A stretch of 64,000 nt of DNA from Burkholderiales bacterium (GTDB lineage: Bacteria > Pseudomonadota > Gammaproteobacteria > Burkholderiales > Usitatibacteraceae), in contig JBBRZG010000001.1 of NCBI GenBank assembly GCA_038236905.1, positions 13,933 to 77,932 of the forward strand, read 5' to 3'. The translations under genes were made by a program, and so were the position numbers. Position 1 is the first letter of the stretch; every line of letters starts with the position of its first letter. This document shows, piece after piece, positions 1-10,785 of this stretch. Under the pieces are notes generated by a model. It was given only the letters and a program-made list of their open reading frames with translations. It made no database searches and was not told the origin of the DNA.

Positions 1-656
<656 letters not shown>

Positions 657-890
657 TCTTCGTTGTCTTCAACGATGTGCTCGATGCGGCAATAGAGAAG
701 CGGGGTGGGGTGTTGATCGTAAAGTTGCGCTGTCAAAATGGCACGATGGCGCTGCAGAAATAGTATCTCCCCGCGAACTGACGATAGCGCTGATGCTGCT
801 TTTTTCTTGAGTCTGCCGGCGCGTAGTTAGCCTGCAATAGCGTTCACAACAAAATTTTCAATCATATTTTTAGGCTGAATAAGGCAATCA

Positions 891-1853
891 GTGTCGGCGT
901 TTCAAGAGCCATTTTTCACGCGCGGACCCAGTCCTCTGGCGCGTCTGACTTTTTTTACTTTGATTGCAATCGCGATCATGATCGCTGACCACCGCTTTCA
1001 GGCGCTGTCGTTCGCGCGCATGGGCATCGGCGCGGTGCTCAATCCTATCGAGCAGGCACTAATGCTGCCCGGTCACGCATTTTCACGCAGCATGGCCTAC
1101 TTTTCAGATCAGGACCGGCTCTTGTCTGAAAACCGTGAACTTAACCAGAAAATTCTAATGCTCGCCGCTGAGAGCCAGCAAAGCCGTCTTATTCTTGCTG
1201 AAAAATCTTACATTGACGCGCTCGGCGAAGCGCATCCTCGCTTTGCAGGTAATGGATTGATAGCAGAGGTGATTCGCGATGCACGCAATCCTTATGCGCG
1301 CAAAATCATCATCAATAAAGGCCTGACCCAGGGCGTCACTGCAGGTTCGGCAGTAATCGCGGGCGACGGCGTGGTGGGGCAAGTGACCGCAGTCGGCGTC
1401 GCGTCATCTGAAGTCACGCTATCAACCGAGAAAGATCAGGCCGTGCCAGTGATGGTGGTCAGAAATGGGTTGCGTGCCATTGCAGTCGGTAGTGGTCGCG
1501 ATGGCACGATTGAAATGCCTTCACTACCGCTGGGCTCGGATATACAAACCGGCGATCAAGTGGTGACTTCTGGTATCGATGGCACCTATCCACCGGGTCT
1601 GGCGGTAGCGATAGTTTCACAGGTTGAAAAAAATCCGGCATTTCCATTCGCACGAATCGTGGCGCAGCCCGTGGCGGCGGTTTCGCACCAACGCTTCGTT
1701 AAGGTGATGTTAAAAGATCCGACCCAAATTTACCCACGGCCCGATGTCGGTTTGGAGGATAAAAAGCCGGCCCGCGACATTACCAGCACCGGCAAAAGTC
1801 CGGCACAAAATGCAAACGCCGCCAGAAGGGAACAACGCCGTGCCGCCCCTTAA
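891..1853 (+). CDS. mreC: Rod-shape-determining protein MreC
   Basis: 320 aa ORF with GTG start, N-terminal hydrophobic helix and a coiled-coil segment. Lies between mreB and mreD. Has a charged low-complexity C-terminal tail. Confidence 0.9.
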   Translation: MSAFQEPFFTRGPSPLARLTFFTLIAIAIMIADHRFQALSFARMGIGAVLNPIEQALMLPGHAFSRSMAYFSDQDRLLSENRELNQKILMLAAESQQSRLILAEKSYIDALGEAHPRFAGNGLIAEVIRDARNPYARKIIINKGLTQGVTAGSAVIAGDGVVGQVTAVGVASSEVTLSTEKDQAVPVMVVRNGLRAIAVGSGRDGTIEMPSLPLGSDIQTGDQVVTSGIDGTYPPGLAVAIVSQVEKNPAFPFARIVAQPVAAVSHQRFVKVMLKDPTQIYPRPDVGLEDKKPARDITSTGKSPAQNANAARREQRRAAP

Positions 1854-1863
1854 ATCCGGAACC

Positions 1864-2388
1864 ATGGATCTCTCGCCGGCGTCTCGCGATCCTATGCGTT
1901 TGCCGGCTCCCTTCAGCCTTATCATCATCGTCATCGTCGCCGCACTGCTGCTGGATTTGCTGCCATGGGGCGGTATTGCGCTGATAACGCATCCTGACTT
2001 TGTGCTGTTGGCGCTGTTGTATTGGGCCGTACATGAGCCGCGCACGGTGGGTCAAGGCTGGGGCTTCGCGCTTGGTTTGATCATGGACGTGGCCGATAGC
2101 GCATTGCTCGGGCAACATGCGATGGTCTATGTGGTGGCGATCTTTTTGGCACAGCTTTTAAGGGTGCGCATGCTGCAGCTCAGCGTAGCCGAGCAGGCTC
2201 TGCACATCATCACCATCCTAGCGATATCGCAGGGGATTGGCGTGCTTCTAAATCTTGCCATGGGGCGGGATTTTCCGGGTTTTTCGATCCTCATTTCGCT
2301 CGTGCTCGGCGCGCTGCTATGGCCGATTGTTAATGCAATTGCGACCATTCCCCGCTTGCGCCGCCGATCCAGCCGGGTGGTTGGTTAA
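1864..2388 (+). CDS. mreD: Rod-shape-determining protein MreD
   Basis: Within ORF 1744..2388. The in-frame ATG at 1864 sits just after the mreC stop. Small polytopic membrane protein in the canonical position. Start is uncertain. Confidence 0.8.
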   Translation: MDLSPASRDPMRLPAPFSLIIIVIVAALLLDLLPWGGIALITHPDFVLLALLYWAVHEPRTVGQGWGFALGLIMDVADSALLGQHAMVYVVAIFLAQLLRVRMLQLSVAEQALHIITILAISQGIGVLLNLAMGRDFPGFSILISLVLGALLWPIVNAIATIPRLRRRSSRVVG

Positions 2389-2452
2389 ATCCACAAATGC
2401 ATTCACACGAATCCGCTTAATCTTTAATTATGTTCAATACACGCCAGCCGAT

Positions 2453-4378
2453 ATGATCGGCTCCACCATTCGTAATCGCGAACTGGAGATTAACGTCTTC
2501 CGCGGCCGCGCGTTGTTTGCTGGCTTTGCGATATTGATTGCGTTTAGCGTGCTCGCCGCGCGGCTGGTGTATTTGCAAGTCATCAAGCGCGATCACTACT
2601 ACACACTGGCGGAAGCCAATCGTATTTCAATTCTGCCGGTGGTGCCTAACCGGGGCCTGATTTGGGACCGCAATAACGAAGTTTTGGCTGCCAATTATTC
2701 TGCGTACACGCTCGAGGTCACGCCTTCGCGGGTCAAAAATTTAGACGCGGTGCTGGAAGAATTAAACACTATTGTTGAAATCCAGCCGCGCGACAAGCGC
2801 CGCTTCAAACGACTGATGGAAGAGAGTAAAAATTTTGAATCGCTGCCCATTCGCAATCGATTAACAGAGGAGGAAGTGGCGCGTTTCGCGGTCAACCGCT
2901 ATCGATTCCCGGGCTTCGATATCCGGCCACGTCTGTTTCGCAACTATCCACAAGGTGAAGTCGCTTCGCATGCGATCGGCTATATCGGCCGGATCAACGA
3001 TGCTGACTTGAAGCGCATCGATGATGCCGACCTCACGTCAAACTATCGGGGCACCGACCATATCGGCAAGCTCGGTGTCGAAGGCGGCTACGAGAATGAA
3101 CTACACGGCAGCACCGGCTCAGAACAGGTAGAGATCGATGCTGGGGGCCGCGCGATGCGCTCGCTCGCAACCACGGCACCCGTGGCGGGCAATAACCTCA
3201 CCCTCACGCTAGACATCAAACTACAAAAAGTTGCCGAACAGGTTTTTGGCGAAGGCCGTGGTTCATTAGTCGCCATCGAGCCGGCGACCGGCGAAATTCT
3301 GGCGCTGGTATCAAAGCCGGGGTTCGACCCAAATTTATTTGTCGACGGCATTGATCCGCAGAATTGGGATCTGCTGAATACATCAATCGATAAACCATTA
3401 CTCAATCGCGCACTGCGCGGCGCGTATCCGCCCGGCTCGACAATTAAACCCTTCCTTGCGTTGGGGGCACTCGAGTCCGGCAAACGCACGCCACAACAAG
3501 CCATTTCAGACCCCGGCGTGTTCCGTCTGGCCGGCGTTGCGCATTACTGGAACGACGACAAGGTGGGCGGGCACGGTTTCGTCGATATGCGAAAGTCAAT
3601 TGTGGTCTCGTGCGACACCTATTATTATCAGCTGGCGTCGGAAACCGAGATTGACGAGACCTCAAAGTTTCTGCGCTCGCTTGGTTTTGGTACCAAAACC
3701 GGAATCGATATTGACGGGGAATTGGAAGGCACGCTGCCGTCCCGGCAATGGAAGAGCAACCGTTTCGCCAAGAGCACCTCGGAAGCGCGCAAATGGTATG
3801 TGGGTGACAGCATTTCGGCCGGAATCGGCCAAGGATACAACTCCTTTACGCCCATGCAGTTGGCACATGCCACGGCGACCATCGCCAACGACGGCGTGGC
3901 GATGCGTCCACGCCTCGTTCGATCCGTTCTTGACGTCGCATCCGGCAAGGTCAAATTGACCGCTGATCTGGACGTCAACAAACCAACAAGGCTGGCACTT
4001 AAACCCGAAAATATTGCCTTCATCAAAGCCGCGATGGCGGCGGTGCCGATCGAAGGCACCAGCGCACGCATATTTGCCAATTCAGGTTATGTGAGTGCAG
4101 GAAAAACGGGGACGGCTCAGGTCTTTGGCATCAAGCGCGGTGAGAAATATGTCGAGGGACGTGTGGCCGAACGGCTTCGCGACCACGCTTGGTATATCGC
4201 TTATGCACCCGCCGACAAGCCCACTATTGCATTGGCGGTCATGGTGGAGAACGGTGGTAAAGGTGCCGCGGCGGCCGCACCAATCGCAAAAGCGGTCATG
4301 GACTATTACCTGCTCGGCAAAAGGCCTGATATCGCCAAACTCAAGACGCCGGATAATGAACCTCAGAGCAACGACTAA
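2453..4378 (+). CDS. mrdA: Penicillin-binding protein 2 (elongasome transpeptidase)
   Basis: Within ORF 2255..4378. ATG at 2453 gives an N-terminus with a TM helix followed by VPNRGLIWDRNN. SxxK motif STIKPF and KTG motif AGKTGTAQV are present. Precedes rodA. Confidence 0.9.
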   Translation: MIGSTIRNRELEINVFRGRALFAGFAILIAFSVLAARLVYLQVIKRDHYYTLAEANRISILPVVPNRGLIWDRNNEVLAANYSAYTLEVTPSRVKNLDAVLEELNTIVEIQPRDKRRFKRLMEESKNFESLPIRNRLTEEEVARFAVNRYRFPGFDIRPRLFRNYPQGEVASHAIGYIGRINDADLKRIDDADLTSNYRGTDHIGKLGVEGGYENELHGSTGSEQVEIDAGGRAMRSLATTAPVAGNNLTLTLDIKLQKVAEQVFGEGRGSLVAIEPATGEILALVSKPGFDPNLFVDGIDPQNWDLLNTSIDKPLLNRALRGAYPPGSTIKPFLALGALESGKRTPQQAISDPGVFRLAGVAHYWNDDKVGGHGFVDMRKSIVVSCDTYYYQLASETEIDETSKFLRSLGFGTKTGIDIDGELEGTLPSRQWKSNRFAKSTSEARKWYVGDSISAGIGQGYNSFTPMQLAHATATIANDGVAMRPRLVRSVLDVASGKVKLTADLDVNKPTRLALKPENIAFIKAAMAAVPIEGTSARIFANSGYVSAGKTGTAQVFGIKRGEKYVEGRVAERLRDHAWYIAYAPADKPTIALAVMVENGGKGAAAAAPIAKAVMDYYLLGKRPDIAKLKTPDNEPQSND

Positions 4379-5468
4379 TCGCATTTTTGACATCCTCACG
4401 CGCCGCCTCGACGGCCCGTTGATGGTGACGCTCATGGTGCTTGCGGCGATCTCGGTGACGGTCGTTTTTTCCGCCTCCGGCGGCGATACGTTTGATCGCG
4501 CGCTGGGACAAATCCGTAATTTTTGCGTAGCACTGGTGGTCATGTGGATTGTCGCCAATATGTCGCCGCTGTTGTTGATGCGTCTGGCGATTCCGATATT
4601 TTTGGCGGGCCTGATGCTTCTCATCGGGGTGGCGTTGTTTGGTGAAACCCGTAATAACGCGCGGCGTTGGCTGCACGTCGGTTTTGTGATTATTCAGCCC
4701 TCTGAAATTATGAAAATCGCGATGCCGCTGCTGCTGGCATGGTATTTCCATAAGCGTGAAGAAGACCTGCGGTTGGCCGACTACGCGATTGCCTGTTTAC
4801 TGTTGATTGTGCCGACTGCGTTGGTGATCCGTCAGCCAGATTTGGGCACTGCAATCCTGATTTTTTCGGCTGGTTTTTTCGTCATTTTTTTAGCCGGGTT
4901 GTCTTGGAAACTATTGATTGCCGCCGCGGTTTCGGTGGCCGTGGCGATTCCATTTGCCTGGCCGTTTTTGCACGATTACCAAAAGCAACGCGTATACACC
5001 TTGCTTGACCCCACCACTGACCCATTGGGCGCGGGCTATCACATTATCCAATCCACGATTGCCATTGGCTCCGGCGGCCTACTTGGCAAAGGCTGGCTCA
5101 CAGGCAGCCAGGCGCAATTAGATTTCATCCCTGAACGCTCGACCGATTTTATTTTCGCGGTATATGGCGAGGAGTTTGGGCTGGTCGGCGGGCTGTTATT
5201 ACTTGCGCTGTATCTGGTCATTATTGGCCGAGGCCTGATGATCGCTATGAATGCCTCAACCACTTTTTCGCGGCTTCTGGCCGGCGCGATCACGCTTTCG
5301 TTTTTCACTTATGCGTTTGTCAATATGGGCATGGTGACTGGCATTTTGCCGGTGGTTGGCGTGCCGCTGCCGCTGATGAGCTATGGCGGTACGGCGATTT
5401 TGTCGTTGTTCATCGGCATCGGTATTTTGATGAGCGTATCCACGCATAAGCAACTGGTGGCGACGTGA
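4356..5468 (+). CDS. rodA: SEDS-family peptidoglycan glycosyltransferase RodA
   Basis: Within ORF 4095..5468. ATG at 4356 overlaps the mrdA stop. Polytopic membrane protein with the SEDS-like C-terminal motif PLPLMSYGGTAIL. Confidence 0.9.
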   Translation: MNLRATTNRIFDILTRRLDGPLMVTLMVLAAISVTVVFSASGGDTFDRALGQIRNFCVALVVMWIVANMSPLLLMRLAIPIFLAGLMLLIGVALFGETRNNARRWLHVGFVIIQPSEIMKIAMPLLLAWYFHKREEDLRLADYAIACLLLIVPTALVIRQPDLGTAILIFSAGFFVIFLAGLSWKLLIAAAVSVAVAIPFAWPFLHDYQKQRVYTLLDPTTDPLGAGYHIIQSTIAIGSGGLLGKGWLTGSQAQLDFIPERSTDFIFAVYGEEFGLVGGLLLLALYLVIIGRGLMIAMNASTTFSRLLAGAITLSFFTYAFVNMGMVTGILPVVGVPLPLMSYGGTAILSLFIGIGILMSVSTHKQLVAT

Positions 5469-6469
5469 ACGCGGTCAGTGTTATTTCGGAAACAACCGAG
5501 TCGATATCAAGTATTGTAGAGCGCCATTCGGCGGGCATCAGCAGACAACAATGGCTTAGAGCGCCCGCCGATCCTAGTGTTTATGTTTTCATATTTTTAT
5601 TATTCGCGTTTTTAGCCGGCTGCGGCTCCTCACCCAAACGAAGCGAAATGCCGTCAAAGCCGGCGACAACGAGCGCCAAACCCAACGGCTATTATCTCGA
5701 CGATGGGCCCGGTGACAATCCACCGCTTAATCTTGAGCAGATTCCTGACGCGGTCCCGCGCACAGAAACGCTGCATCGGGGCGCCAATCGACCTTACACA
5801 ATTTTCGGCAAAACCTACGTGCCGAACGTGTCAAACAATTCATTCAGGCAATCTGGGATCGCCTCTTGGTATGGCCGCAAATTTCATGGACAGAAAACAT
5901 CCATCGGTGAAATCTACGATATGTATGCGATGACCGCGGCGCACCCGACCCTGCCGGTGCCCTCGTACGTGCGGGTGACGAATCCTGCCAACGCGAAATC
6001 GGTGGTGGTGCGCGTTAATGATCGCGGCCCATTTCATTCGGACCGTGTCATTGACCTCTCCTACGCCGCCGCGGCCAAGCTCGATATTGCGCGGCGCGGT
6101 AGCGGTATGGTCATGATCGAACGCGTGTTTGAAGGCGATAAAACCGCTCCTTCGCCGATGTCGATTGCAGCAGCTCCCGTCGTAAACACGCCTGTTGTCA
6201 TCAACAACATCAGCACCTCGCCGATCACCGAGGATGCCGATTTTATTTACCTCCAGTTGGGCGCATTTTCTTCAGTCGAAAACGCAGATATTTTCCGCGC
6301 GCGAATGGTGCGCGAGCTCGACTGGAATCGCGAACCGATGACAGTCCTGAATAAAGACGGTTTGTTCCGGGTTCGATTAGGCCCCTATAAAACCCGCGAT
6401 GAAGCCGCGGCAATCGTCGCGCAAATTAAACAATCCCACGATTTTTCACCTGTTATTACCAAACCATAA
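5465..6469 (+). CDS. rlpA: Septal ring lytic transglycosylase RlpA-like lipoprotein (DPBB + SPOR domains)
   Basis: GTG start overlaps the rodA stop (GTGA). Lipobox FLAGC. DPBB core GIASWYGRKFHGQKTSIGEIYD...VRVNDRGPF. C-terminal SPOR-like YLQLGAFSSVENA. About 40 aa precede the signal peptide, which is unusually long. Confidence 0.85.
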   Translation: MNAVSVISETTESISSIVERHSAGISRQQWLRAPADPSVYVFIFLLFAFLAGCGSSPKRSEMPSKPATTSAKPNGYYLDDGPGDNPPLNLEQIPDAVPRTETLHRGANRPYTIFGKTYVPNVSNNSFRQSGIASWYGRKFHGQKTSIGEIYDMYAMTAAHPTLPVPSYVRVTNPANAKSVVVRVNDRGPFHSDRVIDLSYAAAAKLDIARRGSGMVMIERVFEGDKTAPSPMSIAAAPVVNTPVVINNISTSPITEDADFIYLQLGAFSSVENADIFRARMVRELDWNREPMTVLNKDGLFRVRLGPYKTRDEAAAIVAQIKQSHDFSPVITKP

Positions 6470-6482
6470 AGTCTGACTATTC

Positions 6483-7670
6483 ATGATCGCTTCTCTTTTT
6501 TCCGTACCCCGAAATCAATTGTTAAAATCTTGCGCCGCCGTCGCGTTTGCCACTCTATCAGCCGTCGCGAGTGCCCAGACTTCCATTGCCGCACCGGGCA
6601 TCGTTTCTGACATTCCCGCACCGCCGATTGCTGCGCGCTCGTATGTATTGTTTGATGTGGGTAGCAATCAGATTCTCGCTGGCCTGGCGTCAAGTGATCG
6701 CTTCGAGCCCGCGTCGCTGACCAAGCTCATGACCGCCTATTTGGTATTTGACGCGCTAAAAAATAAAAAACTCACCCTCACGCAAACGCTGCCCGTATCA
6801 GAGCGCGCGTGGAAAGCGGAAGGCTCGCGGATGTTTATCGATCCGAAACAAACACCACAGGTCGAATCGCTGATTCGAGGCATGATTATTCAGAGCGGCA
6901 ACGATGCATCCATTGCACTTGCGGAAGGGATCGCGGGCTCCGAGGATTTGTTCGCGCAGCTGATGAATAAACAGGCGCAACGCCTTGGTATGAAAAATAC
7001 CAATTTCGTGAACGCGACGGGTTTGCCCAACGCCCAGCACTACTCGACCGCCGAGGATTTGACGCTGCTCGCGAGCGCTCTTATCCGCGATTTCCCGCAG
7101 GAGTTTGCTTATTACAAAGAGCGCGAGTTCACCTATAACAAAATCACCCAACCGAATCGTAATCGGCTGCTGTTTATTGATCCGACGGTGGATGGATTGA
7201 AAACCGGCCATACCGATGCAGCCGGATATTGTTTAATTGCGACCGCCAAGCGCGGCGAGCGGCGGCTGATTTCCGTTGTGCTTGGCACCACATCCGACGC
7301 AGCTCGCACCCAGGAGAGCCAGAAGTTGTTGAATTTCGGTTACCAGTTTTTTGATTCTCAGCGCCTGTACAAAAAGGACCAACCGATTGCCACTCCTGAA
7401 ATTTACAAAGGCACCCAAAACACGGTCAAGCTTGGTTTTGATCGCGACATTTGGCTCACTCTACCGAAGGACAAGTTCCAAGGCTTGGCTGCCACCTTGA
7501 CCACCACCCAGCCGCTGATTGCGCCACTGAGCATCGGTCAGAAAGCGGGGATAATGAAATTAACTAAAAACGATAAATTAGTCGCCGAAATCCCGGTAGT
7601 CGCACTTGAGGATGTGCCCGTTGCTGGATTCTTAGGGCGCGGCTGGGATGCTATCCGGCTGATGTTTTAA
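6483..7670 (+). CDS. dacA: D-alanyl-D-alanine carboxypeptidase (S11 family, PBP5/6-like)
   Basis: Signal peptide. SxxK (ASLTKLM), SxN (QSGND) and KTG (LKTGHT) motifs. Synteny rlpA-dacA-ybeD-lipB as in E. coli. Confidence 0.9.
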   Translation: MIASLFSVPRNQLLKSCAAVAFATLSAVASAQTSIAAPGIVSDIPAPPIAARSYVLFDVGSNQILAGLASSDRFEPASLTKLMTAYLVFDALKNKKLTLTQTLPVSERAWKAEGSRMFIDPKQTPQVESLIRGMIIQSGNDASIALAEGIAGSEDLFAQLMNKQAQRLGMKNTNFVNATGLPNAQHYSTAEDLTLLASALIRDFPQEFAYYKEREFTYNKITQPNRNRLLFIDPTVDGLKTGHTDAAGYCLIATAKRGERRLISVVLGTTSDAARTQESQKLLNFGYQFFDSQRLYKKDQPIATPEIYKGTQNTVKLGFDRDIWLTLPKDKFQGLAATLTTTQPLIAPLSIGQKAGIMKLTKNDKLVAEIPVVALEDVPVAGFLGRGWDAIRLMF

Positions 7671-7690
7671 AAAGTAGGAGCCAATACAAA

Positions 7691-8584
7691 ATGAGCGCGA
7701 CCAATCAAGCCATGTGCCTGCCGACGGTATTTTTGAATGGCAATTTTATGCCGTTGGCAGACGCGCATATTTCGCCGCTGGATCGTGGCTTCATTTTCGG
7801 CGACGGCGTCTACGAAGTAATTCCTTTTTATGACGGCAAGGCGCTGCGCCTAAATGAACATTTGGAACGCTTGCAGCGCAGTCTGGATGAATTGGAAATC
7901 GATAATCCATATCCCAAAAATCAGTGGGAAACCAGTATCGGCGGGCTTGTTGAACATAACCGCGGCAGCAGCGTTGGCGGCAATATGGCGATCTATATTC
8001 AGATTACACGCGGCGTGGCGAAGCGCGATTTCGCCCCCATTAAGGGGCTAACGCAGACCGTTTTCATGATGGCAAATCCCTTGCCGACACCCAAACGCGA
8101 AGTTTATTAACGCGGTATTTCTTGCGTTTCATTGGACGATAGTCGCTGGCTGCGTTGCCACATAAAATCGACCGCATTGCTCGGCGCGGTGATGTTGAAA
8201 CATGCATCGAATAACGAAGGTGCTGATGAAGCGATGCTGTTTCGCGATGGATACCTGACGGAGTCATCCGCCAGCAATATTGCAGCGGTAAAAAATGGCG
8301 TGATTCTATGCCCACCAATGGACAACCTGATTCTGCCCGGCATCACCTATGAATTAATGATTGAACTGGCCCACAACGCGGGCATGCCGTTGGAAATTCG
8401 TCGTGTTTCACGCCACGAAGTGAACACGGCTGATGAGTTGTGGATTTTATCGTCCACCAAAGAAGTGGTGCCGATCACGACGCTGGATGAAAAGCCGGTC
8501 GGGCACGGCGCGCTGGCGGGGAAACCCGGACCGCTGTTTCGGAAGATGTATGACTTGTTTCAAATCTACAAACGCGGCCTGTAA
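7691..8584 (+). pseudogene. dat: D-amino-acid aminotransferase (class IV PLP fold) interrupted by an in-frame TAA at 8108..8110
   Basis: ORFs 7691..8110 and 8132..8584 are in the same frame. Read-through gives ...PKREVY*RGISCVSLDDSRWLRCHIKSTALLGAV..., colinear with the Bacillus Dat region [28 protein letters not shown] as I recall it. No other lesion is visible. Confidence 0.7.
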
Positions 8585-8610
8585 ACATAATATTCATATA
8601 GGTGCACATC

Positions 8611-8919
8611 ATGGCAAACGAGCATCCCAAACTTATCGGCGAAGGCGAAGAAACGTTACTCAAATTCCCGACCCTGTTTCCCATCAAGGCCATGGGGAAG
8701 ATGGCCACGGAGGGTGGTCAAAGTAATTTTGCACAGCTGGTGATCGACATCGTGTTGAAGCATGCGCCCGATCTGGACACCAGCTTGATTGAAATGCGCC
8801 CGTCAAAAAATGGTAATTTTTTATCGGTGACAGCAACCATCAACGCCACTTCCAAATTGCAAATTGACGACATTTACCGCGAGCTTTCGGCGCATCCGCT
8901 GGTGTTGATGGCGCTTTAA
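8611..8919 (+). CDS. ybeD: YbeD-like DUF493 protein
   Basis: Small ORF (8602..8919; ATG at 8611) directly upstream of lipB, as in E. coli. Contains LKFPTLFPIKAMGK. Confidence 0.8.
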   Translation: MANEHPKLIGEGEETLLKFPTLFPIKAMGKMATEGGQSNFAQLVIDIVLKHAPDLDTSLIEMRPSKNGNFLSVTATINATSKLQIDDIYRELSAHPLVLMAL

Positions 8920-8923
8920 AAAA

Positions 8924-8953
8924 TCGACAAAAGTAAAATCCTACTTTTGTCGA
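8924..8953 (+). terminator. Perfect 12-bp inverted repeat downstream of ybeD
   Basis: TCGACAAAAGTA-aaatcc-TACTTTTGTCGA, 5 nt after the ybeD stop. No U-tract, so it could equally be an operator or attenuator ahead of lipB. Confidence 0.4.
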
Positions 8954-9023
8954 GATCGGTTAGCGTTGAATTGATGCCAATGCTGACAGTAAAGCCAAAG
9001 CTATTCGATTTAGTGCGTGGTAA

Positions 9024-9662
9024 TTGAAAACCATGGAACTCATTTTAAAAAATCTGGGGCTCGCCAACTATGCTGATACGCTACTTGCGATGCAAACGCA
9101 AAATCGCGAGCGTACACCGGCTAGCCCCGACGAAATCTGGCTTCTCGAGCACCCGCCAGTCTTCACTCTGGGTCTGGCAGGGAAGCCAGAGCATGTGCTC
9201 GAAGCAGGTGACATTCCGGTGATTAAAGTCGAGCGCGGCGGACAGGTGACCTATCATGGGCCGGGTCAACTTGTCGCTTATTTACTGCTGGACGTGAAGC
9301 GTTTAGGGATGGGCGTCAAAGAACTTGTGCGAAGAATGGAGCAATCACTGATCGATTTGCTTGCACAATACGAAATCAACAGTTATCGGAGGGCAGGAAT
9401 GCCCGGCGTGTATGTGAACCTTGGTGGCGTTGACGCAAAAATCGCCGCGATTGGTTTGCGTGTTGCCAACCACGCCACTTATCACGGCCTTTCGCTTAAT
9501 GTGAATATGGATCTGGGGCCGTTTTCACGCATCAATCCCTGCGGTTATGAAGGGCTCGCGGTCACCCAAATGTACGATCTAGGCGTCACCGATAAAATAG
9601 AAACTATTGTCAATAATTTGGTCGCGCAGTTAAAGCGCAATTTGAATGTGATTTCGTCTTAG
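9024..9662 (+). CDS. lipB: Octanoyltransferase LipB
   Basis: 212 aa. Motif [19 protein letters not shown]. Adjacent to lipA. Confidence 0.9.
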   Translation: MKTMELILKNLGLANYADTLLAMQTQNRERTPASPDEIWLLEHPPVFTLGLAGKPEHVLEAGDIPVIKVERGGQVTYHGPGQLVAYLLLDVKRLGMGVKELVRRMEQSLIDLLAQYEINSYRRAGMPGVYVNLGGVDAKIAAIGLRVANHATYHGLSLNVNMDLGPFSRINPCGYEGLAVTQMYDLGVTDKIETIVNNLVAQLKRNLNVISS

Positions 9663-9697
9663 TCATTTTTTTGAGACGTCAACAAACGGGAAGAATC

Positions 9698-10675
9698 ATG
9701 GAAGCAGTTGATCTAAAAGCAGACTTAAAAACTGGCGTGATCGCTGGCGTGAAGGAAAAAAGCGAGCTAAAAACCGCGCGTATCCCGATAAAAATCATTC
9801 CCGCCGAGCGACTAAAAAAACCGGAGTGGATTCGCGTGAAAGCGGGCTCACCTTCCACGCGCTTTTACGAAATTAAACAAATTTTGCGCGATGCAAATTT
9901 GCACACCGTCTGCGAAGAAGCTTCCTGCCCGAATATCGGCGAGTGTTTCGGCAAAGGCACGGCCACCTTTATGATCATGGGCGATTTATGTACGCGACGC
10001 TGCCCGTTTTGCGATGTCGGTCACGGCCGTCCCTTACCGCTCGATCTTGACGAGCCACGTCATCTGGCGGAAACGATCGCAAAATTGAAGTTGAAATATG
10101 TGGTCATCACCAGCGTGGATCGCGACGATTTGCGTGATGGCGGCGCGGAACATTTTGTAAATTGCATTCGCGAAACCCGCAAACTTTCGCCGTTCACGCG
10201 GATCGAAATTCTCACCCCTGATTTCCGCGCCCGACTGGATCGCGCGTTGAATATTTTGCGCGAGGCACCGCCCGATGTGATGAACCACAATCTTGAAACC
10301 GTTCCACGTCTTTACAAACAGGCGCGCCCCGGCTCTGACTACGCACACTCACTCAAACTGTTGAAAGATTTCAAAGCCGAACACAAGGGGGTGCCGACCA
10401 AGAGCGGCCTAATGGTCGGCTTGGGTGAAACCAACGAAGAAATTCTGGAGGTCATGCGCGATCTGCGTGCTCACGATGTCGACATGCTTACGATTGGCCA
10501 GTACCTGCAACCATCCGGCCATCACCTGCCGGTGCTGCGTTACGCGACACCCGACGAATTCAAAATGTTTGAAACCGAAGCTTACAAAATGGGCTTCATT
10601 CATGCCGCCAGCGGGCCAATGGTCCGCAGTTCTTACCACGCCGATCAGATGGCGCATGAAGCGGGGTTTGCCTAG
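9698..10675 (+). CDS. lipA: Lipoyl synthase LipA (radical SAM)
   Basis: Within ORF 9671..10675; ATG at 9698 follows a GGGAAG SD-like run. Auxiliary cluster [12 protein letters not shown] and radical-SAM [10 protein letters not shown] are present. Confidence 0.93.
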   Translation: MEAVDLKADLKTGVIAGVKEKSELKTARIPIKIIPAERLKKPEWIRVKAGSPSTRFYEIKQILRDANLHTVCEEASCPNIGECFGKGTATFMIMGDLCTRRCPFCDVGHGRPLPLDLDEPRHLAETIAKLKLKYVVITSVDRDDLRDGGAEHFVNCIRETRKLSPFTRIEILTPDFRARLDRALNILREAPPDVMNHNLETVPRLYKQARPGSDYAHSLKLLKDFKAEHKGVPTKSGLMVGLGETNEEILEVMRDLRAHDVDMLTIGQYLQPSGHHLPVLRYATPDEFKMFETEAYKMGFIHAASGPMVRSSYHADQMAHEAGFA

Positions 10676-10701
10676 CGTTGGCATTGAACCCGAACACAGG
10701 A

Positions 10702-10736
10702 GCGCGTTTCAAAGCAAAAATGGCTTGAAACCGCGG
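10702..10736 (+). repeat. Intergenic palindromic hairpin element, copy A
   Basis: GCGCGTTTCAAAGC-AAAAATG-GCTTGAAACCGCG, 27 nt after the lipA stop. Shares GCGCGTTT..CA.AGCAAAAATGGCT.GAAA with copy B. Confidence 0.6.
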
Positions 10737-10785
10737 TCTCTATTGAAAATAGGTTGGGCTTTTGTTTGTAATTCACTGGATCGAT

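Noticed and set aside
735-752. TGGCACGATGGCGCTGCA in the 234-nt mreB-mreC spacer as a sigma54 promoter.
   Set aside because: The spacing between the GG and GC elements is 2 nt too long for the consensus.
2255-2452. N-terminal extensions of the ORF-track models. Examples: mrdA from 2255, rodA from 4095, mreD from 1744, ubiB to 28931, ggt to 53058, rlmI to 56289, acyl-CoA dehydrogenase to 60832, kinase 2 to 25359.
   Set aside because: The extensions overlap upstream genes or are non-homologous low-complexity sequence. Internal ATG or GTG codons give N-termini matching the expected family starts.
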